NCBI GenBank assembly: GCA_041602035.1
Contig: JBFIHA010000004.1
Coordinates: forward strand, 71,888 to 135,887
Length of the DNA stretch: 64,000 bases
Source: Gemmatimonadales bacterium
Lineage (GTDB): Bacteria > Gemmatimonadota > Gemmatimonadetes > Gemmatimonadales > GWC2-71-9
Direction of reading: 5' to 3'
Part shown: piece by piece, positions 45,492 to 55,084 of the stretch
Position numbering within the stretch: the first letter of the stretch is position 1
How the letters are laid out: each line of letters begins with the position of its first letter
Position numbers and translations under genes: made by a program
The notes under the pieces: model-generated
Databases searched by the model: none
What the model was told of the DNA's origin: nothing
What the model saw: the letters and a program-made list of their open reading frames with translations, nothing else

Positions 45492-45959
45492 CTACCTCCC
45501 CATCCGGCTGAGAAAGCCGCCGGACTCTTCACGCTGCTCGTCGGTTACAGCCGCCACGACGCGCACGCCGGCGGCACGCGCAGTCTCGATCGCCTCCTGC
45601 ACCCGACCGAACGGGAGCTTCCGATCCGCCCGGAAGAACATGATCTTGTCCTTCGTGCGGTTCTCGAACACCTGCCGCAGCACGCTTTCCAGACGGTCAG
45701 CCGGTACCGAGCCAATCGTGCCGGTGCCGGGATCCAGATAGAACCTGCCCTCGCTGTCCAAGCCCAGGACCACGTCGCCCGGGTCATCAGGACGCGCCTC
45801 GAGGTTCCTCCCCATCGGCATCTGTGCCTGGAAGCCGGACGTGATGACCGGCGTCACGATCATAAAGATGATGAGCAGCACCAGCATGATGTCGATCATC
45901 GGCACCACATTGGGTTCCGACTTGACGCCACCCTCGGGGCTGCCTACTTGCATGCCCAT
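45492..45959 (-). CDS. exbD: ExbD/TolR-family biopolymer transport protein (second copy)
   Basis: 155 aa. Contains SEPNVVPMIDIMLVLLIIFMIVTP. Confidence 0.9.
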   Translation of the reverse strand: MGMQVGSPEGGVKSEPNVVPMIDIMLVLLIIFMIVTPVITSGFQAQMPMGRNLEARPDDPGDVVLGLDSEGRFYLDPGTGTIGSVPADRLESVLRQVFENRTKDKIMFFRADRKLPFGRVQEAIETARAAGVRVVAAVTDEQREESGGFLSRMGR

Positions 45960-45997
45960 ATCAGGTTCTCCTGCTCAACAGGATTCGTCGGTTCGCC

Positions 45998-46738
45998 TTA
46001 CTTCATCGGGCTGGGCGTGCCGGCCTGCTGGGCCTTGAACTCCTTAGTGAAGATAGACCGACCGAACTCGCTGCCGACGCTCTTGATGAGGAAGTCGACC
46101 AGCTCCTTCGACGTATAGGTCATCTCGACCGTCAGGTTTTCGACCTTGGTCTGGAAGTAGTTGTACAGCCACACGGCCGGAATCGCGACCGCCAGGCCGA
46201 ACGCCGTCGTGATCAGCGCCTCGGCGATTCCCGCCGATACGGCCGCCAGACCGCCTGAACCGCTCTGGGCCATGCCCTGGAAGGAATTCACGATACCCAT
46301 GGTCGTGCCGAGCAGGCCGACGAACGGAGCGGTGGCACCGACCGTCGCGAGAATGGCCAAACCGCGCTTCAGCTCCGCGAGCAGGATGAGCATCTGACGT
46401 TCGATCGCCCGCTCGGCCGAGTTGATGTCGCCGCTCGTAATCGTGGCGCGATCGCGGAGCAACGGCTTCACCTCCGCCAGCGCCTCACCGAGCACGCGGG
46501 CCACGTGGGACGTTCTCTGCTTCTCGGCCACGGCAATGGCCTGGTCCAACTGCTCTTCCTGCAAGAAGCGCGCGAACTCCGGCGCGAACTTCCGAGTTTC
46601 GCGCATGCTCTTGCGGAACCGCCACCACTTCTGAACGCCAACCCCGAGGGAGAAGATGGACATGATACCCAAGAGGATGATGATCCCGCGGGCGAACCAT
46701 CCGGCGTCGTGCCACAGCGCTAAGAGTGAAACTTCCAT
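45998..46738 (-). CDS. exbB: MotA/TolQ/ExbB proton-channel protein
   Basis: 246 aa. Contains LATVGATAPFVGLLGTTMGIVNSF...ALITTAFGL. Confidence 0.92.
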   Translation of the reverse strand: MEVSLLALWHDAGWFARGIIILLGIMSIFSLGVGVQKWWRFRKSMRETRKFAPEFARFLQEEQLDQAIAVAEKQRTSHVARVLGEALAEVKPLLRDRATITSGDINSAERAIERQMLILLAELKRGLAILATVGATAPFVGLLGTTMGIVNSFQGMAQSGSGGLAAVSAGIAEALITTAFGLAVAIPAVWLYNYFQTKVENLTVEMTYTSKELVDFLIKSVGSEFGRSIFTKEFKAQQAGTPSPMK

Positions 46739-46798
46739 GGTTTCGTCGGCCTCCGTTACGTGAAGACTCGGTTGTCAGGTCGAGGCGAACGCTCCGAC

Positions 46799-47521
46799 CT
46801 ACCGTCTACCCTGCAAGTTGAAGATGATCGGCATCTGGACGAGCACCCGCACCGGGCTCGCTCTGACCCGCCCCGGCCGGAACAGACACTTAGCGATCAT
46901 GTCCCGAGCTGGGCCCTCAAACGCTTTGTGCGATGAGCTCAGGACGTCGATGTTCCCGCCCCGCACGTGCCCATCCGTCTCGACGATGAACTGCAGCAGC
47001 ACCTGACCCTCGATGTTGGCCTGCTGCATCATGCGCGGGTATTCCGGGACCGGGCAGGAGATGCGCTCGGGCACCTCGTCCACCACGGCCTCGGCGAAGA
47101 CCTGGGCCAGATCGACCACCGGGCCCGTCCCGCCCTCCAGACCACTAAACACCCCGCCCTCGACGCCCACACCACTGTAGTCGCGCGGATCAAAGCGCTC
47201 CTGGAGATTGACGGGGGGAATCTCGGTGGGGATATCCACCGGGGCTGACAGGACCTGGAAGCCTTTGGGCGGCGGGTTCAAGGACGTAACAATCGGAGGA
47301 GGCTCGTCCTCGGGCTTCTCCTCCTGCTGCTCGGGCTCGTCCATCACGAGCATGATCGTGTCGATGTCGACCTTTTGCGCTTCCTGGGCCACGCCCATCG
47401 TTGCGAACACGGCCGCAATCACGAGCGCGCCCTGGGCCACGGTCGACGTGAACATCCCCATGATCACACCCTTCACGTCCCGCTGACCTTTTCGGTTGGA
47501 TTCGACAAGTACGTCAAACAC
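46799..47521 (-). CDS. tonB: Energy transducer TonB
   Basis: 240 aa. N-terminal TM segment, Pro/Glu-rich spacer (EEKPEDEPPP), C-terminal domain ...YPRMMQQANIEGQVLLQFIVETDG. GTG start with GGAGGG 7 nt upstream. Confidence 0.85.
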   Translation of the reverse strand: MFDVLVESNRKGQRDVKGVIMGMFTSTVAQGALVIAAVFATMGVAQEAQKVDIDTIMLVMDEPEQQEEKPEDEPPPIVTSLNPPPKGFQVLSAPVDIPTEIPPVNLQERFDPRDYSGVGVEGGVFSGLEGGTGPVVDLAQVFAEAVVDEVPERISCPVPEYPRMMQQANIEGQVLLQFIVETDGHVRGGNIDVLSSSHKAFEGPARDMIAKCLFRPGRVRASPVRVLVQMPIIFNLQGRR

Positions 47522-47614
47522 GCGGATCCCTCCGGTCTAGATCGTTGGCTAAGCAACGATACCCCGTGGTCCCAGCGTTGACTAGGGACAACCCGAGCAA
47601 TGCGGTGACCCACA

Positions 47615-47643
47615 GATTACAGAACTGTTACAATCGGATTACA
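47615..47643. promoter_or_regulatory. Three direct heptamer repeats phased at 11 bp (GATTACA / TGTTACA / GATTACA): candidate operator
   Basis: Repeat starts at 47615, 47626 and 47637. The repeats sit in an AT-richer patch 94-122 bp upstream of tonB and about 75 bp beyond the stop of the sensor kinase. Confidence 0.4.
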
Positions 47644-47716
47644 CCTTGCCGTTTGGCGGGCCACGAGCCCAATCGCTGATCCGTCGACCCGGGAAACACC
47701 AGGAAAAATGGGGGCT

Positions 47717-49156
47717 TCAGTCGAAATGGGCCGTGGGGAGGTTGACGGTGAAGGTGGTACCCCGGCCCGGGCGGCTCGTCACGGTGATGGTCCCGCCGTG
47801 CGCCTCGGTGATCCACTTGGAGATCGCCAGGCCGAGACCCGCCCCTGGCCGCTCACCGGAGCGACTGCGGGCGGGATCCGCCCGCCAGAACCGATCGAAG
47901 ATGTGTGGCAGGTCCCCGGGCGCGATGCCGATGCCGGTATCGGCCACGGTCAGGACCACGCGCTGGGCCTTGCGGCGCGCTTCGATGGTTACCGAGCCCT
48001 GCGGCGGCGTGTACTTGATGGCGTTGGTCAGGAGGTTCATGAGCAGCTGACGAACGCGCCCGTAGTCCCCACGCAGGGGAATCGGTTGCTCCGGGACGTC
48101 GACCGAAACCGCGACCAGGGCCTGCTCGCCGAGAATGCTCGCCGTCTCCGCCACCTCAGCCAGGATTTCCCGGAAATCCACCTCTTCCAGGTGCAGCGGG
48201 GCGCGTCCTTCGTCGACGCGCGCCAAGGTGAGCAGCGCATCCACCAGCTCGGCCATCCGGTTCACTTCGAACAGCGTCTCCTCCAGCGTGGCCAGGACGT
48301 CGTCCGGGGTCTCTGGGTGCGTGATCGAGCGCTCGATGCCAGCGCGCAGGACGGTGAGCGGGGTTTTGAGTTCGTGACTCGCATCGGCGGTGAAACGGCG
48401 CAGCATCGAGAAGTTTCGCTCGAGGCGGGCCAACATTCTGTTCAGGGTCGTCGTGAGGCGCGCCAACTCGTCCCGACCGATGGGGGACGCGAGCCGACGG
48501 TGCAAGCTGCGCCCGTCGGTAATCGCCTCGATCTCGTCGACGATGGCCTCGACGGGCTTGAGGTTTCGGCCCACGAGTGAGAAGCCCACGAGTAACGAGG
48601 CCAGAATGACGAATGGAGCCGTCCACAGCATGGCGGTGAGCAACGGCACGAAGCCCGAGGTGGGCACGCCCGACACCACCGCCGTGATCTCGTCCCCCGC
48701 TTCGGTGATGGGCCGCACGAAGTAGCGAATCCGCCCCACGTCACCACCGATATTGGCGAGCGCCGGTCGGGAAAACCGCGCCGGTTGTTCGGCCAGATCG
48801 ATGAGAGCCTGCGCCGTCGTGAACGGGAGGTCCCGCGCCTCCGCCGAGACGAACAGCACGTCGCCTTCCCGTCCCAGCACGATGACGAGGCCCGGGACGC
48901 CCTCCAGCAGTGAGGCGACTTCGGGCGTCAGCCCGAGATCGCCAGATTGCGGATCCGGTGCCACCACGTTCGCGCGCGCGCGGAACGCCTCGCCCAGGAT
49001 CCCAGCAATGAGATCCGATTCCAAACGCACGCGTACGTCGAGATCGCCGAATGAGCCCGAGCCCTGAACGACGTAGGTCACGGTGGCAAAAAGGAGGATC
49101 GTCGCGCCGAGCAGCGCGGCGTATCCGACCGCCAGACGCCACCGGATGGTCTGCAT
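47717..49156 (-). CDS. Sensor histidine kinase (2 TM, HAMP, HisKA, HATPase_c)
   Basis: 479 aa. H-box FTADASHELKTPLT, N-box LLMNLLTNAIKYT, G-boxes DTGIGI and GAGLGLAI. Confidence 0.9.
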   Translation of the reverse strand: MQTIRWRLAVGYAALLGATILLFATVTYVVQGSGSFGDLDVRVRLESDLIAGILGEAFRARANVVAPDPQSGDLGLTPEVASLLEGVPGLVIVLGREGDVLFVSAEARDLPFTTAQALIDLAEQPARFSRPALANIGGDVGRIRYFVRPITEAGDEITAVVSGVPTSGFVPLLTAMLWTAPFVILASLLVGFSLVGRNLKPVEAIVDEIEAITDGRSLHRRLASPIGRDELARLTTTLNRMLARLERNFSMLRRFTADASHELKTPLTVLRAGIERSITHPETPDDVLATLEETLFEVNRMAELVDALLTLARVDEGRAPLHLEEVDFREILAEVAETASILGEQALVAVSVDVPEQPIPLRGDYGRVRQLLMNLLTNAIKYTPPQGSVTIEARRKAQRVVLTVADTGIGIAPGDLPHIFDRFWRADPARSRSGERPGAGLGLAISKWITEAHGGTITVTSRPGRGTTFTVNLPTAHFD

Positions 49157-49161
49157 CGACC

Positions 49162-49833
49162 TCAGTCGGCCTTCAGCACGTATCCCACGCCGCGCACGGT
49201 GTGGATGAGTTTGAGTGTGAACCCGTGATCGACTTTCTTCCGCAGGCGAGTGATCACGACGTCCACGATGTTCGTTCCGGGATCGAAATGATAGTCCCAG
49301 GCGTATTCGGTGATGAGCGTCCGAGGCATCACCCGTCCCGCATTGCGGGCGAGATACTCGAGTACCGTGTACTCTTTCGGGGTCAGGTCCAGCAACCTCT
49401 CAGCGCGCCGGACTTCATGCTTCCCGGTATCGATCACCAGGTCGGCGACGGTGACGACCGGCGGTGCGATCCCCTTCGGGCGACGGGTGAGCACCTCGAC
49501 ACGGGCCAACAATTCCTCGAGAGCAAACGGCTTGGTCACGTAGTCGTCGGCCCCGATCCGCAGGGCCTGCACCTTGGACTCCACCGCGTCCTGAGCCGTC
49601 AGGACGAGCACCGGCGTTTCCACGCCCCGATCGCGCAGGGTTCGCAACACCTCGTTCCCGGACAACCCCGGAAGCCTCAGATCGAGCACGATGACGTCGT
49701 AGCTCCCTTGCGAGGCGCGCTCGAGCCCCGCTTGCCCCTCGGCCACGAGGTCGACGATGTATCGGTGCTCCTCGAGACCGCGTTGCACGAACTGGCCGAC
49801 TGTCCGGTCGTCCTCGACAACGAGGACTTTCAC
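49162..49833 (-). CDS. OmpR/PhoB-family response regulator
   Basis: GTG at 49831-49833 overlaps the upstream kinase stop (GTGA). (M)KVLVVEDD...VIVLDLRLPG...; C-terminal winged helix ...LTPKEYTVLEYL...IHTVRGVGY. Confidence 0.9.
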   Translation of the reverse strand: MKVLVVEDDRTVGQFVQRGLEEHRYIVDLVAEGQAGLERASQGSYDVIVLDLRLPGLSGNEVLRTLRDRGVETPVLVLTAQDAVESKVQALRIGADDYVTKPFALEELLARVEVLTRRPKGIAPPVVTVADLVIDTGKHEVRRAERLLDLTPKEYTVLEYLARNAGRVMPRTLITEYAWDYHFDPGTNIVDVVITRLRKKVDHGFTLKLIHTVRGVGYVLKAD

Positions 49834-51494
49834 GCGGCTGGCCCCGGCGACTTGACCGGGAGCACGATGTGGAACACCGATCCGCGCCCCACCTGCGAAT
49901 CCACCAGCACGCGACCCCCGTGCTCCTGCACGATCCCGTAGCAAATGGACAATCCCAGGCCGGTCCCGCTTCCCGGTTGCTTGGTGGTGAAGAACGGCTC
50001 GAAGATCTTCGGCAGGTCATCGCGGCGGATCCCCATGCCCGTATCGCCGATGGCCACCACCACCTCGGACTTCCGTCCAAACGGGCCGGTTCGCACCGAC
50101 AACCTCCCTTTGCCCTCCATGGCATCGATCGCGTTCAGCATAATGGACAGGAACACCTGAATCAGCTGTTCGTGGTTCGCCTCGATGATCGGGAGATCAT
50201 CGGTCAGATGCCGCTCCAGCGTGATCCCGCGGAATCGGTTGTGATGCTTGACCAAGAACAGGGCATCCTCCACGATCTGATTCAACTCCACCGGCCGCTT
50301 CACCCTGGCCTTCGGCCGCGAGAAATCCAGAAGGCCGTCGACGATAGACTTGCAGCGATCCAGTTCGGACTCGATGATGCGCAAATACTCCTCGAACCCC
50401 TGCGCCTCGACGACGGGGAGGCCATCGACCCGCATCGTCAAGGCCTCGACACAGGCCCCGATTGTCGCCAACGGATTGTTGATTTCGTGCATGACGCCCG
50501 CTGCCAACTGCCCGACGGCCGAGAGCTTCTCCGACTGGAAGACGTGGTCCTGAACACGCTTCCACTCGGTGATGTCCTCGCCGATGGTGATGACGTGGGT
50601 CACTTCGTCGTCATGGAGGCGCATGGGAACTTTCGTGAGGCGATAGTATCGCGCCTGACCCGACGCCAACGACTCGACATCGATCTGGGTCATCTCGCCG
50701 GTTAGAAACGCACGGTCGAACTCGTGCTTGAGGACGTCCCGCGGCTGGCGATGCAAGACGTCGAACACCATGCGCCCAATCACTTCCTCGCGATCGACCC
50801 CTTGCGTTCCCATCTCCCGCTTGCGATTCCACGCCTGGATCCGATAGTCGCTGTCCACGACGTAGATGCCCACCGGCAGCGAGTCGATGATCTTCGACGT
50901 GAACCGCCGTTGTGACTCGATCTCGCGGGTGCGCAGCGCGATCTCCGACGCCAAGTCCTCCGACAGCTCGAATGACGCGATGAGTGGGGCGAGTACGTTC
51001 CCCGTGATCACCAGTATCTCGCGCAGCTGGGCAGCCTCCGGTCCGTCGCGGAACCCCACCTCCAGCGCGCCAACTCGCTCGCCTTCCGTCGAGAGGGGAA
51101 GCCGGGCGTGCCAACGACCCCGGTCCAGGAGGAACGCTTCCGAAGCCGTGAACCACGGCTCGAAGTCCTCGGACCGCATCTCCGGAGGCTCCGAGGCGCC
51201 TTCGGGGACGATCGCTCGGAAATGGGATCCATCCGGGGTACGCACCCACACGCGGCTCAAGTCCGACGAGAGCCCTCGGCCGAGCGCACTCGCGACGGCC
51301 GCCAGCATGCCCTCGGAGCCGAGCCCTGCCGAGAGGTAGCCCGTGATTTCGGCGAGCAGTTGGAGACTTCGCTCGCCGAGCGGCTCCCGAAGCGCCGTAT
51401 CGCGCGGCTTGGAGGGGTGCGGATCGGCCATGGCGCTCAACGTACCGGACTCCGTGGCTCGCGACAAGCGTCCACGGCACTCCGGACACGCCAC
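49830..51494 (-). CDS. Cytoplasmic sensor histidine kinase (GAF-like + PAS + HisKA + HATPase_c)
   Basis: 554 aa, or 533 if it starts at ATG 51431. H-box [13 protein letters not shown] and G-box DTGMGI...GTGLGLSI. No TM segment. Confidence 0.85.
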   Translation of the reverse strand: MACPECRGRLSRATESGTLSAMADPHPSKPRDTALREPLGERSLQLLAEITGYLSAGLGSEGMLAAVASALGRGLSSDLSRVWVRTPDGSHFRAIVPEGASEPPEMRSEDFEPWFTASEAFLLDRGRWHARLPLSTEGERVGALEVGFRDGPEAAQLREILVITGNVLAPLIASFELSEDLASEIALRTREIESQRRFTSKIIDSLPVGIYVVDSDYRIQAWNRKREMGTQGVDREEVIGRMVFDVLHRQPRDVLKHEFDRAFLTGEMTQIDVESLASGQARYYRLTKVPMRLHDDEVTHVITIGEDITEWKRVQDHVFQSEKLSAVGQLAAGVMHEINNPLATIGACVEALTMRVDGLPVVEAQGFEEYLRIIESELDRCKSIVDGLLDFSRPKARVKRPVELNQIVEDALFLVKHHNRFRGITLERHLTDDLPIIEANHEQLIQVFLSIMLNAIDAMEGKGRLSVRTGPFGRKSEVVVAIGDTGMGIRRDDLPKIFEPFFTTKQPGSGTGLGLSICYGIVQEHGGRVLVDSQVGRGSVFHIVLPVKSPGPAA

Positions 51495-51753
51495 TTCACC
51501 GCAGCCGCCATCCGCAGGCCTACCATGCTGTCAGCCGGATCCCACGAATCCCCTTATCACTGCCGGCAATGCCGGTCGGCGTGCGGCTGCACCCGCGATC
51601 GGCACCTCAGGTGGATGAGGAGGAAATCGACGCTCGACAGCGCCACATCGACCATCCCTTGTGTGGATTTGTGTGGTCGCTCTAATTACTTGGCACCGCG
51701 TCGCAGCTGACTGCGGGGAAATGTAGCCAATCCGTATGGAGGAATACCACATC

Positions 51754-52365
51754 ATGGCGCACACACTTCCCAACCTCCCGTACAAGGTCGATGCCCTGGA
51801 GCCGCACATCGACGCCAAGACCATGGAGATCCACCATGGCAAGCACCACGCCGGATACGTCGCCAAGCTGAACGCTGCGGTGGAGAAGCACGCAGCGCTT
51901 CAGAAGAAGTCCGTCGAGGAATTGCTGGCCGGCATCAAAACCGTGCCCGAGGCCATTCGTTCGGCGGTGAGAAACAACGGCGGGGGACACACCAACCACA
52001 CGCTGTTTTGGTCGATCATGAGTCCCAAGGGGGGTGGCGAGCCGACCGGGGCCCTTGCCGACGCCATCACGAAGACCTTCGGTGACTTCGCCGCGTTCAA
52101 ACAGCAGTTCTCCGACGCCGCCGCCACGCGGTTCGGCAGCGGTTGGGCGTGGCTGGTGGTCAAGGGGAAGAAGCTGGCGGTCGAGAGTACCGCGAACCAG
52201 GACAGCCCCGTGATGGACGGCAAGACACCCATCCTCGGGCTCGACGTGTGGGAGCACGCTTACTACCTCAAGTATCAGAATCGGCGCCCGGACTACGTCG
52301 CGGCCTGGTGGAACGTGGTGAATTGGGACGAAGTGGCGAAGCGGTTTGCGGCGGCATCGAAGTAG
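51754..52365 (+). CDS. sodA: Fe/Mn superoxide dismutase
   Basis: [32 protein letters not shown]...[24 protein letters not shown] lies 10 nt upstream of ATG 51754. The upstream ATG at 51736 is part of that SD. Confidence 0.93.
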   Translation: MAHTLPNLPYKVDALEPHIDAKTMEIHHGKHHAGYVAKLNAAVEKHAALQKKSVEELLAGIKTVPEAIRSAVRNNGGGHTNHTLFWSIMSPKGGGEPTGALADAITKTFGDFAAFKQQFSDAAATRFGSGWAWLVVKGKKLAVESTANQDSPVMDGKTPILGLDVWEHAYYLKYQNRRPDYVAAWWNVVNWDEVAKRFAAASK

Positions 52366-52948
52366 CATCGTCGCGGCGCGCCGCTGTTTGATCCTCGCTG
52401 CTGGACTCCTCGTGGGGGCGGGTGCCCTGCGCCCGCTCCCCGCCCAGGACCAGGCACTCGTTCTGTTCGTGAGTGGCGGACGCCATGCGCCGTTGGTCGA
52501 CCTCGCGGAGGCGGGGGACGAGCTCTCACCCGGGTTCGCGTATGGGGGCGGGCTGGCACTGCAATTCGGGCCCCGCGTCGCGCTCCGCGCGAGCGTGGGC
52601 CGTCACCGCGGGAACTACCGCGGCGACGCAATCGTCGTACCCGACTCGGGGTTCGTGCGGCTCGTGTGGGCGACGGATCTCCAGTTTGGATGGCCAGCGA
52701 CGAGCGCGTTGGTTCCGTACGTCTACGTGGGCGGCGCCGTGATCACCACGGACTTTGACGACGACGCACTCGCCACGGTGACGGGCGCCGGCGGCCGCGT
52801 CGGTGTGGGTCTCAACCGCGTCGGGGGGCTGGGCGCGTGGTTCCTCGAGCTCGGGACCGTGTTGCACAAGTTCTCGGGCCACGGGTTCGACCGCCTCCAG
52901 TTGGACCTCGAGGCGAGGGTGGGATTCGCACTGGCGCTGGGGCTCTAG
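52346..52948 (+). CDS. Outer-membrane beta-barrel protein (OmpA-like barrel/porin family)
   Basis: 200 aa. TTG start, basic n-region and signal peptide ([13 protein letters not shown]), then alternating hydrophobic beta-strand pattern ending ...[10 protein letters not shown]. Confidence 0.6.
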   Translation: MRRHRSSIVAARRCLILAAGLLVGAGALRPLPAQDQALVLFVSGGRHAPLVDLAEAGDELSPGFAYGGGLALQFGPRVALRASVGRHRGNYRGDAIVVPDSGFVRLVWATDLQFGWPATSALVPYVYVGGAVITTDFDDDALATVTGAGGRVGVGLNRVGGLGAWFLELGTVLHKFSGHGFDRLQLDLEARVGFALALGL

Positions 52949-53001
52949 CGACCGACCGGATACCCTACCACCCTACCGTCTTCCCGTCCTACCGTCTGTC
53001 A

Positions 53002-53074
53002 TGGAGCGGATGGGATTCGAACCCACGACCCCCGGCTTGCAAAGCCGATGCTCTCCCAACTGAGCTACCGCCCC
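53002..53074 (-). tRNA. tRNA-Ala (anticodon UGC)
   Basis: Hand-folded from the reverse complement GGGGCGGTAGCTCAGTTGGGAGAGCATCGGCTTTGCAAGCCGGGGGTCGTGGGTTCGAATCCCATCCGCTCCA. It has the G3:U70 identity pair, anticodon loop TTTGCAA and T-loop TTCGAAT. Confidence 0.92.
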
Positions 53075-53190
53075 AACAGTGACCGAGACAAGATAACACG
53101 GCCGCCGCTGGCAGATCGATGGTCGCCACCCCAGGTTGGCGACGCTCCGGGCGAATATGAAGACCCGATCCGAACTACCTCGGGGCTTCG

Positions 53191-55056
53191 CTACCAGGCG
53201 ATCCCGTAATCCTCCCCGTAGTTGCTCGACCCACCCCAAAACGTCCCGCGCTCCCAATCGAAGAATACGGCGTTGATCGGCCCTGATGTCAGCGCGCGGT
53301 AGTCCAGCCGGTAGCCCATTGCCTCGAGCTCGTTCCGCACCCACGGCGGAACGGACTCGTTCAGCGTCAGTCGACCCGGCTGCTTCTCGTGCGCGCCGAA
53401 CGAATCGTGGAGCTGATAGCTCGCGATGTTCGGCGCCTCCGCAGCCTCCTGCACGTTCATGCCGAACTCGACCACGTTGAGGAAGAACTGCAGGAGGTTC
53501 TGGTCCTGCGTGTCGCCTCCCTGAACCGCGAACGAGAGATACGGACGCCCGTCCCTGAGCGCCATGCCCGGCGTGAGGGTCGCGCGCGGCCGTTTGCCCG
53601 GCTCGACCACATTGAACGGGTTCTCGGCCGGATCCAGCACAAAGCTCTGCATGCGCTGACTCAGCCCCACGCCGGTCCGCCCGGCAATCACGGCGGGTAC
53701 CCATCCCCCACTAGGCGTCACCGACACGACCCATCCCTCCTTGTCCACCGCCTGAATGGACGTCGTGCCGAGGTAGAACGTCTCCATCCAGTCTTCCCCC
53801 TCGATGGAGGCCTCGGTCGTGGATCTGGTCCGCTCGGGCGGCCAGCGGTCGATCAGATCGAGATACGGATTCACTTGACCCATGACCGGGTAAGGATCAC
53901 CGGGCTTCACGTTCGGGTCGTTGCGCTTCCAATCGATCTGCCCGGCCCGCGCCTTGGCGTACTCCTTGGATAGCAGTCCAGCGATGGGCTCTTGCGGCGG
54001 GAAATACGGGTCGCCGTAGTAGAAGTCCCGATCGGCGAACGCCAGGTTCATCGCCTGATAGAGTGCGTGGATGTACCGCGCGCTGTTGTACCCCATCGTC
54101 TGCAGATCGAGGGTCTCGAGGATGTTGAGCGCCTGAAGCATCACCGGCCCCTGGACCCAATGCGTCAACTTGTAGACCTCGATCCCCTTATATGTGGTCA
54201 TGACGGGCTCTTCGATGCGCACGCGCCAACTCGCCAGATCCTCCGTCGTGATGAGGGCACCTTCTTCCCGCGCCCCGCGCACCAGTTCCCGCGCAATGTC
54301 GCCACGGTAGAAGCGCTCGTACGCGGCGTAGATAGCCTCCTTGCGGCTCTTGCCTGACCGGAGAGCGTCGCGTTCCGCCCCGACGAGCTTGCGGAGGGTG
54401 GCGGCCAGATCCGTCTGCCTGAAGATCTCTCCCGCATTCGGCGCCTCGCGTTCCTCACCCGGATGGGTGAAATAGACCTCACGCGAATACTTCCAGTCCT
54501 TGATCCGCTCCTTGGTGCGCTCGATCGCGTTCGCGGTCTGCGCCTCGATCGGGTATCCGTCCGCCATCTCAATCGCCGGCGCCAACACCTCGCCAAGGCT
54601 CATGGTCCCCCACTCGGCGAGCATCGTCATGAGCCCACCGGGTGTGCCGGGTGTGACCGCCGCGAGCGGGCCGTACCGCGGCGGGTAGTCCATCCCCTGG
54701 CTCTTGAAGAACTCTGGCGTGGCTCCGGTCGGCGCGACACCGAGGGCGTTCACACCGATCACCTTCTTGGTGTGCGGATTGTAGATGAGGGCCTGGGTCT
54801 CGCCTCCCCAACTCAAGACGTCCCACATGGTGGCCGTCGCGGCGAGCATGGCACAGGCCGCATCCACAGCGTTGCCGCCACGCTGGAACATCATGGCACC
54901 GGCAGTGGCACCAAGCGGCTTCCCCGTGATGGCCACCCAGTGACGCCCGTGCAGGACAGGTTTCACCGTCCGTTGGGCGGAGGTGGGTCGAGGGGTCATG
55001 ACCAGGACTGCCGCTGCCGCGGTACACACGAGCGTGAAGCGAAATGGTGTGGACAT
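53191..55056 (-). CDS. ggt: Gamma-glutamyltransferase (secreted)
   Basis: From ATG 55056 (GGAGGA SD upstream): MSTPFRFTLVCTAAAAVLV signal, then the GGT family sequence (...GGNAVDAACA...TTSIQAVDKEG...). Confidence 0.88.
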   Translation of the reverse strand: MSTPFRFTLVCTAAAAVLVMTPRPTSAQRTVKPVLHGRHWVAITGKPLGATAGAMMFQRGGNAVDAACAMLAATATMWDVLSWGGETQALIYNPHTKKVIGVNALGVAPTGATPEFFKSQGMDYPPRYGPLAAVTPGTPGGLMTMLAEWGTMSLGEVLAPAIEMADGYPIEAQTANAIERTKERIKDWKYSREVYFTHPGEEREAPNAGEIFRQTDLAATLRKLVGAERDALRSGKSRKEAIYAAYERFYRGDIARELVRGAREEGALITTEDLASWRVRIEEPVMTTYKGIEVYKLTHWVQGPVMLQALNILETLDLQTMGYNSARYIHALYQAMNLAFADRDFYYGDPYFPPQEPIAGLLSKEYAKARAGQIDWKRNDPNVKPGDPYPVMGQVNPYLDLIDRWPPERTRSTTEASIEGEDWMETFYLGTTSIQAVDKEGWVVSVTPSGGWVPAVIAGRTGVGLSQRMQSFVLDPAENPFNVVEPGKRPRATLTPGMALRDGRPYLSFAVQGGDTQDQNLLQFFLNVVEFGMNVQEAAEAPNIASYQLHDSFGAHEKQPGRLTLNESVPPWVRNELEAMGYRLDYRALTSGPINAVFFDWERGTFWGGSSNYGEDYGIAW

Positions 55057-55084
55057 GATTCCTCCGAGGGCGGGTCCACCCCGC

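Noticed and set aside
52963-52997. Short pyrimidine-rich direct repeats between the OMP gene and tRNA-Ala: CCCTACC x2 and CCTACCGTCT x2 with a 16-bp period. The region is G-run-rich on the minus strand, so a G-quadruplex is conceivable.
   Set aside because: The repeats are very short and imperfect, and there is no associated feature. They may just be the tRNA 3' trailer. I cannot support a function from the sequence alone.
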